Part shown: positions 54,525 through 64,000 of the stretch, piece after piece
How positions within the stretch are numbered: position 1 is the stretch's first letter
How the letters are laid out: each line of letters opens with the position of its first letter
Origin: Eledone cirrhosa
Lineage: Eukaryota
Direction of reading: 5' to 3'
DNA length: 64,000 nt
NCBI GenBank assembly: GCA_964016885.1
Contig: OZ024743.1
Coordinates: 292,640,001-292,704,000, forward strand
Made by a program: the position numbers and the translations under genes
The notes under the pieces: model-generated
The model's input: the letters and a program-made list of their open reading frames with translations, nothing else
What the model was told of the DNA's origin: nothing
Databases searched by the model: none

Positions 54525-55503
54525 CATTAGTTAAGCAAAACAAGACCACAAATTTCACAAGGAAGACATTATTAAAAGATTGTCAACATATTTTTTAGTT
54601 TGATGTAAGTAATGTAGAGAATAATAATAATAATATTAATAATAATAATGTCCGTTTACAAATGTTTCGCTATTCCATATAATATTTCTGGATCAGATGA
54701 CTATATATCATTATTGATCTGGTTCAGTTGAAAATAATTAACATATTTAAAAACAGAGCGGCTCATCGGAACTTCAAAGGAATATAAATTAAAATAAGGA
54801 GAGAATGTTACATAATGTAATGTTCCATATATTGGTATTTCCCTATGGTTGTATCAATTGTTAGCCATAATCAAGCAGTATTCATCTGTCGAGGCTGCAT
54901 TATGTGAGATCTGCCTATTGGTAACAAGATGGCCGCCAAATGACATATTTACCTTACTAATCAGAGGGTGGTTTCAGGGAAAGTAACTTTTCAAGAGATT
55001 AGAAATTATGGGTAGTTTATAGTTAAGTGCTAATTTTTAAATTTTTTAATTGAGAGACCATGTAGGGGAGGTAAGTTATAATTATCTAAGTTAGTTATAG
55101 CTATTTAACTTATTAGCTACAAGTAAAAATGGGGCTAGATGACTATGTTGGGTCAAATATTCTATTGGCGATGGAATTAGACCTTCGATGTTGACAGCTA
55201 ATAGTTACCTCCGTTCTATCGTTAATCGGTAGAGGTCGTGGTAGAGTTATGTAATATGCTTCACTCTATCGCGACCTCTACCGATTCATCCTATCACGAC
55301 CTCTATTAATATTACGAGGTCGATAAAATAAAGTACCAGTAATGCACTGGGTAATTGCTGGCCTTGTGCCTAAAGTAGAAACAATTATTATTAATATTAT
55401 TATTATTATTCTCTACATTCCTTACATCAAACTAAAATATGTTGACACTATTTTAATAATGTCTTCCTTGTGAAATTTCTGGTCTTGTTTTGCTTAACTA
55501 ATG

Positions 55504-55504
<1 letters not shown>
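54525..55504. repeat. ~120-bp inverted repeats (54525-54648 and 55385-55504) around ~740 bp
   Basis: tcattagttaagcaaaacaagacc... versus ...ggtcttgttttgcttaactaatga; a SINE 3' fragment (55312-55387) abuts the right arm. Confidence 0.8.
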
Positions 55505-55536
<32 letters not shown>

Positions 55537-55539
<3 letters not shown>

Positions 55540-56430
55540 TTAAAGCAATGAAATAAAAAAATCAAGTCATTAGAAATATACTTCACTGCTTTACGATCGT
55601 TTCTAGATGATGATAATACATCGTAACCAAACTTCGTTATCGATCTATGTAAGATTAGTTACAAAATATCAGATAAGGAAAATATTTACTTACATGCACA
55701 TCGCCAGCCGTTGTCAAAAGCAATGAGAATTTTATTCAAAATTATTAGTAAATTACTAGTAAATTGAGTTATAAGACCTTATTTGGAGGTAGCTGAAGAA
55801 CAAACCAATCAGGTGGGGGTTTTTTTCCATATGATGTTAAGATGAAAAATAATTCACTTTAGTTGAGGTCATGTCATTTTGAAAGGAATGGTTGAATGGT
55901 GTTAACAATAGAATTGCTATAAAGAATCTATTAGGCAAAAGGGATTGTCATATTGATAGTTGAAGGTAGAGTGAAGTTTAAAAGGAATGTAAAAATTAAA
56001 TGTTGAGTTGTGTTATATGGAGTTTTTAGGTGGATATAAATTAAGGTCATGACCAGGAAAGATAGTATATTAAAAGAGGAAAATTATAATAAGATAATGA
56101 AATATAGTAATACAATAATATAATATAATGTAACACAATATAGTACGGTGTGGTAAATTGTGCATAGTATAATACAGCATATAATACGTCTTAAAAAACA
56201 TTCAAGTATGTCCATGTATAAATAATCAAACTCAGATAAATGCATGTTGACATATAGTCAAAACGCATAAATTTCATGGATCACAAAGTGCATATACCCA
56301 CATTATAGATAGAGGTATAGTTATATTGATACTCAATTAAAAACATACATACGCATAAATAGATGTAATCATATACATACATCTACATATGTGCACACAA
56401 TCATATACATATATATTTATATATATATAT
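55537..56430 (-). mobile_element. Inverted pseudo-LTR of Penelope-like element B
   Basis: About 900 bp reverse complement of 62270-63146. Confidence 0.88.
55583..55726 (-). ncRNA. Degenerate type I hammerhead in pseudo-LTR B
   Basis: Minus strand: tcattgctt-TTGACAA (two transitions from CTGACGA)-c...tct-a-GAAA-c-gatc-g-TA|aagcagtga. Confidence 0.62.
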
Positions 56431-56471
56431 ATATATATATATGTAGATAAATCTACCAAAAGTTTACGGTA

Positions 56472-58298
56472 GTGTCCAATCCGTATGAAAAACTCAATGT
56501 AATCAATACTTATAAGAATCCACCACACAACTCTCTACTTGAAAATTTTGAGAAAGACCTTTTTAATTTAATTAAACACCTCAAATTTAAGAAGTATAAA
56601 TCTATTTTTCAAAAGGACCTTGATTCCACCCTATTGGACCTAAAAAAGTCTAAAAAAATCCATGTCCACTCGGACAAAACTGGAAACCTTTATCACATGG
56701 ATATTGAAAATTACAATGAGTTCATATATAAAGAACTCAGGAAAAATTATAGAAAAACTAATAATGCGTCACTCACCAACATCAACAACAAAACACACAA
56801 CATAGTGAATAAACTAAACATTGAAGATAGAACTGAACCTTTGGCATTGAAAAGACCACATTTCAATCTGAAAGATCATAAATCAAACTTTAACTCTAAT
56901 CCTTCTATAAGACTTATATGTCCCTCCAAATCGGATATTGGAATAATTAGCAAAAACATTTTGGATAGAGTCATCCCACAAATAAGAAAACATGTTAATT
57001 TACCACTCTGGGAAAACACTTCCCAGGTAATTAACTGGTTTAATAATATTAGATGTAAATCTTCTGCTTCATTTCTACAATTGGATATAGATAATTACTA
57101 TTCTTCTATATCACCTATACTCCTTAACAAAGCTTTGATATTTGCAAAAAATAGATCTAACTTAACTTTGGATGACATTAATATTATTACACATGCTAGA
57201 CTAACACTTATTGAATTTCAGAATGAATACTGGACCAGAAACACATATAGTAATCTATTTGATATTACTATGGGTTCAAGCGATTCTGCCCAAATTACTG
57301 ATCTTGTGGGCCTCTTTCTTCTTTTTAACATAAATGCTTCCTTTCCCCACCTTAAAGGTGGTTTATATCGTGATGACTGTCTTCTTCTTTCCAACAACCT
57401 TAGCCTCTCAGGAATAGAAAAAAACAAAAAGCTTATTAGAACTTTCTTTAAAGACTATTATAGTCTTGATATTACTTTTGAAAACACAAGTAAAGTAGTT
57501 AATTTCCTAGATATAACTTTAGACTTGGCTACGGGTATCTACCAACCTTACCATAAACCCAACCAAAACTTACACTACATACACTCACAATCTAATCACC
57601 CTAAATCTATCCTTAAAAACCTTGCATATAATATATCACTTAGAATTTCTAACCTTTCGTCTAACCAAGATGTATTTGATAAAAATGCGACCTTCTATAA
57701 CGAAGCTCTAGATAGAAGTGGCCACAAAAATAGATTGGAATATATACCTTCTACTAATAACACTATAAACATACAACCTAATATTTCCAACAAACACCAA
57801 ATGAAAAGTACACACCTAAAAGCCACTCACACTATACCCCAAAATACCAACATAAAACCAAATTTCTCTAACTCCTCTAATATAAAGTATAGTAACTCTC
57901 AAAAAACTACTCATCATACAACTCTAATAAATGTTAATAATAAAACTCCTAATAAACAAGCTAAAACACCTAAATCAAAAAATCTAACTAAAAATGTGCG
58001 TGGTGAGGTCATTAACATTAATCCTCCTAGTAAACATCAGGATGCATCCTATAAAAACAATAAACAACATAGAAACCGTAATAGACGAGTTACTTGGTAT
58101 AATGCTCCATTTAATTTACAAATTAAGGATAATATACCTAAAAAAAATTTTAATATCCTAGAGAAAAACTTCCCGCCAAACCACAAATACCATCAAATCT
58201 TAAATAGATCAACAGTTAAATTCTCATACTCAACAACCAAAAACATAAAACAAAATATAAGTGCCTATAATGCATATAAATGTAAAAAAAAACCTTAA
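56472..58298 (+). CDS. Penelope-like reverse transcriptase (608-aa open frame)
   Basis: SDKTGN, LKDHK..RLICPSKS, LDIDNYYSSI, ITMGSSDSA, GLYRDD, NFLDITL, YIHSQSNHP, TWYNAPF. Confidence 0.9.
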   Translation: MSNPYEKLNVINTYKNPPHNSLLENFEKDLFNLIKHLKFKKYKSIFQKDLDSTLLDLKKSKKIHVHSDKTGNLYHMDIENYNEFIYKELRKNYRKTNNASLTNINNKTHNIVNKLNIEDRTEPLALKRPHFNLKDHKSNFNSNPSIRLICPSKSDIGIISKNILDRVIPQIRKHVNLPLWENTSQVINWFNNIRCKSSASFLQLDIDNYYSSISPILLNKALIFAKNRSNLTLDDINIITHARLTLIEFQNEYWTRNTYSNLFDITMGSSDSAQITDLVGLFLLFNINASFPHLKGGLYRDDCLLLSNNLSLSGIEKNKKLIRTFFKDYYSLDITFENTSKVVNFLDITLDLATGIYQPYHKPNQNLHYIHSQSNHPKSILKNLAYNISLRISNLSSNQDVFDKNATFYNEALDRSGHKNRLEYIPSTNNTINIQPNISNKHQMKSTHLKATHTIPQNTNIKPNFSNSSNIKYSNSQKTTHHTTLINVNNKTPNKQAKTPKSKNLTKNVRGEVININPPSKHQDASYKNNKQHRNRNRRVTWYNAPFNLQIKDNIPKKNFNILEKNFPPNHKYHQILNRSTVKFSYSTTKNIKQNISAYNAYKCKKKP

Positions 58299-58786
58299 GT
58301 ATACCACCAATACATCAAACTAACCATAATATCTCCTCAAATACAGAATTAAAGAAAGGTTGTAACTGTAGAAACAAGGCAAACTGTCCATTAAAAGGAA
58401 ATTGTCTTGTTAACAACATAGTTTATAAATATAAAGTTAAAACTAAGGATTCTATTTGCTCATATATAGGAGCTACTTCTAACAATTTTAAGGTAAGGTT
58501 TAATACCCACAAACATAGTTTTAAAAATGCCGCACTGGCCAATACAACATCTCTAGTAGAAAAAATTAATAGTTATAGAAATAAGAATATAGAATATGAT
58601 ATGTCCTGGAGTGTGCTCAAAAGAGCCACCCCTTATCAAAATAATAGAAATGAATGTAGATTATGTTCCCAAGAACTATTTGAAATAATGAAATCTAAGG
58701 ATATCCTATTAAATAAGCGACAAGAATTAATTATATCGTGTAATCATAAACTGAGAAAAACATTTAAATATTATAAACCTAATTAA
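58292..58786 (+). CDS. GIY-YIG endonuclease, continuing the RT ORF after a 1-nt frameshift
   Basis: GCNCRNKANCPLKGNC..NIVY..SYIGATSNNFKVRFNTH..CRLCSQE..LLNKRQE..SCNH; frame open from the A9 run at 58284-58292. Confidence 0.88.
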   Translation, partial: TLSIPPIHQTNHNISSNTELKKGCNCRNKANCPLKGNCLVNNIVYKYKVKTKDSICSYIGATSNNFKVRFNTHKHSFKNAALANTTSLVEKINSYRNKNIEYDMSWSVLKRATPYQNNRNECRLCSQELFEIMKSKDILLNKRQELIISCNHKLRKTFKYYKPN

Positions 58787-59650
58787 TAATATATATTTTA
58801 GAAATTAATATATAAATTAATTTTAATGTAGTTAACCTATAATTCTAATTTAATTAAAATTCTACTACAGATAAATTAAAAAATATCGTATAATCATAAA
58901 CTGTGAATAACTTTTAAATATTATTAACATAATTTAATATATACTTTGGAAATTAATATATAGATTAATTTTAGTTTATTTAACCTATTATTAAAATTCT
59001 TTTACAGATGAAATACAACAAAATATCGTGTAATTAATAACGGAGAAATACTTTTTAATATTATAAACCTTATTAATATACAATTTAGAAATTAATATAT
59101 AAATTAATTTTAATTTAGTTAACCTATAATTTTAATTTAGTTAGCTTATAATTAAAATTCTAATACAGACGGATTGCAGAATATCGTGTAATAATAAACT
59201 GAGAAAAACTTTTAAATATATACCTAATTAATATACACTTTACAAATTAATATATAGATTATTTTTTATTTTAGCTAACCCATAATTAAAATTCTACTAT
59301 AGATAAAATACAAAATGTTGCTTTAATTATTATAAACCTAATTAACATATACTATAGAAATTAATATATAATTTTTAATTTAGTTAACCTATAATTAATA
59401 TTCTACTACCGATGAAATACTTAATTTGACTTTCCCTATTACAAAATTCATTTCCTAAAATTGATACCATCATATTAATATATGTAATTATTATTAATTT
59501 AGTTATGCTATAATTAATACTCTACTACTGTTTAACTTCAAAATTCCGCTTTAAATATTATAAACCTAAGTAGTATACACCTTAGAAATTAATATATTAA
59601 CTATTTTTATTTTAGTTAACCTATAATTAATATTCTACTTATATTAAAAT
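58733..59650 (+). repeat. Degenerate tandem array of ~140-160 bp units beginning inside the ORF end
   Basis: atatcgtgtaat...tataaacctaattaa...agttaacctataatt recurs near 58733, 58883, 59023, 59181, 59330 and 59560. Confidence 0.85.
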
Positions 59651-60677
59651 ACATAATTTAGCCTTCTTTCTTACAATTACCATTTCCTAAAACCGATACA
59701 ACTATGTAAACACATATAATGTTTTGGCTGCAGATTAATATTCTATGTTCCTTGAAACCTATATATTTACTATTTCCCATTAATAATTTTAATCCCCCCC
59801 CCCCAATAATTATTTGTATTTGTAAGCGTAGATGTATGGATGTGTATGTAGGTGTGTATGTATGTTTGTGTGTTTGTATGTGTGTATAAAAATACATATG
59901 TGCGCATGTATATATGTGTGTGTACTATGTAAACACATGTGTATATATATGTGTATCTATGTATGTGTATGTATATGTATTTGTAGAGATGTGTGTATGT
60001 ATGTGTATGTGTATGCATATGTGTCTGACTGCGTGTATTTATATATATATATATATATACATATATGTGTGTGTATGTCTATATATATATGTATGTCAGT
60101 GTGTGTGTGTGTGTAGTTGTGTATATATAGATGGGTGTGTGTGTGTGTGTATGTGTATATATATATATGTATATATGTATATGTGTGTATATGTATATAT
60201 ATATATATAAATATATATGTATATATATATATATATATATGTGTGTATGTATATGTGTGTGTGTGTATATGTATATATATGTATGTGTGTGTATGTGTAT
60301 ATATATATATATATATATCGGTGTGTATTTATATGTATGGGTATATGTTTTACTTATTTTTATGTGCATGCATACAAACAGGTTAATATGCGTGAGGTTA
60401 AGTATGTGTATGTGTGTGTGTGTACGTATGTATGTATCGAACGTATGGATATGTAAATGTGCGTGTGTATATAAGCATGTATATTTTATGTCTCTCCTTT
60501 ATGTTTTTTTTATGTTTTTATATTTCTTGTTGATACATTCTTATTAGTATGTCAAGGTTGACACTTTCATTTATTTACTTACTCCCCTACCTCCTTTATT
60601 TCTGCATCTAAATGTAAGTGTGTGTGGGCGTGTTTATGTGAGCGCCTCAATATCCATATAGTTATAATAATAATATA

Positions 60678-60760
<83 letters not shown>

Positions 60761-60797
60761 ATGTATATGTGTGTGTGTGTCTGTATGTATATATGTA

Positions 60798-60864
<67 letters not shown>

Positions 60865-60867
60865 GTG

Positions 60868-60904
<37 letters not shown>

Positions 60905-61151
60905 TGTCTGTAGATTGTTAGACATGCAAATACATTAGCCCTACATTTTTATATTTACATACACTTTTTCAACATGCGTATACATATGAACATACAATTT
61001 TGTGCACCTCTGTGAACTGATTTACATGCATATATACACACACCTAACTGTATTTTCTTGATAAATGTTTATGTATTTCATTGGTCTATTTACAATCTGT
61101 TCCCAAACAGACCTGTAATTTTGAATTATTGTTATCATCAATAAATTTGCA

Positions 61152-61292
61152 TCATTATTTCTGAAGACAGCATATATATGTGAAGGTATGTATATTCTCT
61201 TTGATAGTTTGTATAATTTTGTACATATATCTTTTGAATATGCATACCAATTCTAACACATATATGTCCTAGAAACGATCGTAAAATAATGA
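61152..61292 (+). ncRNA. Type I hammerhead with long stem II and palindromic minimal stem III
   Basis: tcattattt-CTGAAGA-cag-catatatatgtg...cacatatatg-tcct-a-GAAA-c-gatc-g-TA|aaataatga; perfect 9-bp stem I. Confidence 0.8.
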
Positions 61293-61504
61293 ACTTTTTT
61301 TGTTTAATATAAGGAACTGTTTCTTTTTTTATTCATTATTTTTTTAATAATTTATATATATATATATATATATATACACACCTATACACCCATATATATA
61401 TGTATGTACACACGCATACATGTGCACATACACATAAACACTCATACACACATACACGCATATACACATATACACACACATATATATATATTTATATATT
61501 ACAT

Positions 61505-63146
<1,642 letters not shown>

Positions 63147-63273
63147 ATCATGACTCTGTTTTCCTTTTAATGCTTTATTGTTTTCCGGGATTTATTTTAA
63201 CCTACAACATTTTTAACATATGGATTACATTGAGTTCTTCATGCAGACTGGACCCCACAACTTACCGTGGATA

Positions 63274-63312
<39 letters not shown>

Positions 63313-63374
63313 CTATTTATGTATTTATTCCCCTAATTACACTAGCACTTAAATGTTTGAATATTGATTCGGTT

Positions 63375-63760
63375 GGATCCTCAAGTGAGACCAGCCGAAC
63401 TCATGGATGTTATTCAACAATCTTTCTCAGCGTCTACCCCAGGTCTCCTGTAGGATGGTTTTGCTCGTAAAATCTATCCAACGATTCTTGTCCGATGCCC
63501 ATATATCAATATTACCAGATCTGTGATCTCTCAATTCGGAGAAATAACGGCTCTACTTGGAGCGACTCTCTGATCGCGGAGCAACACACTCTATCGAGTA
63601 ACGTTACTCCAAAGACCCTTCGGCCACTTGTATTCGTGATCGTATTCTTTCGGTTATTACCCAAGATTCATGACCATAGGTAAGGGTCGACAGGACTACC
63701 AAATTGAAGATAGAGTTTTGGGCTTTTTCACCTACCTCCCTTCTTCTAACGAATGCTGTA
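63375..63760 (-). mobile_element. RTE-clade 3' remnant
   Basis: SIFNLVVLSTLTYGHESWVITERIRSRIQVAE. Confidence 0.75.
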
Positions 63761-63764
63761 TATA

Positions 63765-63810
<46 letters not shown>

Positions 63811-63815
<5 letters not shown>

Positions 63816-63924
63816 TAAACGGAATAGAAAATGCTGACAAATTGTTCACAGTTGAAAAATGGTTTAATTAGGAATAAAAGAGTATTAGTGATTGTATGGG
63901 TTAGTATTCAGTTGTGGTTTTAAG
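63811..63924 (-). repeat. Inverted copy of the 186-300 repeat
   Basis: Reverse-complement match, adjacent to (TA)n. Confidence 0.85.
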
Positions 63925-64000
63925 ATGTTTTTCATTTACTTGGATTGTCTTTTGCTCTTTATGATATCGTGTGTTCGTACAATTTGGTTCATTCTATGGT

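Larger units (their letters stand above)
56445..61350 (+). mobile_element. Penelope-like element A (RT, Cys linker, GIY-YIG, long 3' region, hammerhead), 5'-truncated
   Basis: ORFs and hammerhead listed below; (TA)n on both sides. Confidence 0.85.

Overview
AT-rich, microsatellite-dense eukaryotic DNA with no host gene I can support. The tRNA-headed SINE and the retroelement mix suggest a cephalopod such as Octopus (inference from recalled repeat families, not a database hit). The window is a set of retroelements, mostly sitting in microsatellites. It holds three R4/Dong-like (restriction-like endonuclease) LINE copies in (TACA)n, a GC-rich CRE-clade LINE with a PHD-finger-like N-terminus, and three tandem Tx1/L1-clade copies in (TCTA)n. 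It also holds a near full-length CR1-clade LINE in (TA)n, nested Penelope-like elements (RT + GIY-YIG) with inverted pseudo-LTRs, RTE remnants, about ten SINEs and a short Helitron. The most notable signal is non-coding: five type I hammerhead ribozyme folds, some degenerate, found by eye. Four share an atypical unpaired N/A pair flanking stem II, and two show compensatory changes in stem I. Two lie in ~320 and ~510 bp ORF-less units that are circularly permuted or partially tandem (retrozyme-like). Two fold-back palindromes also end in hammerhead 3' halves. Element boundaries are approximate and all alignments and folds were done by eye.
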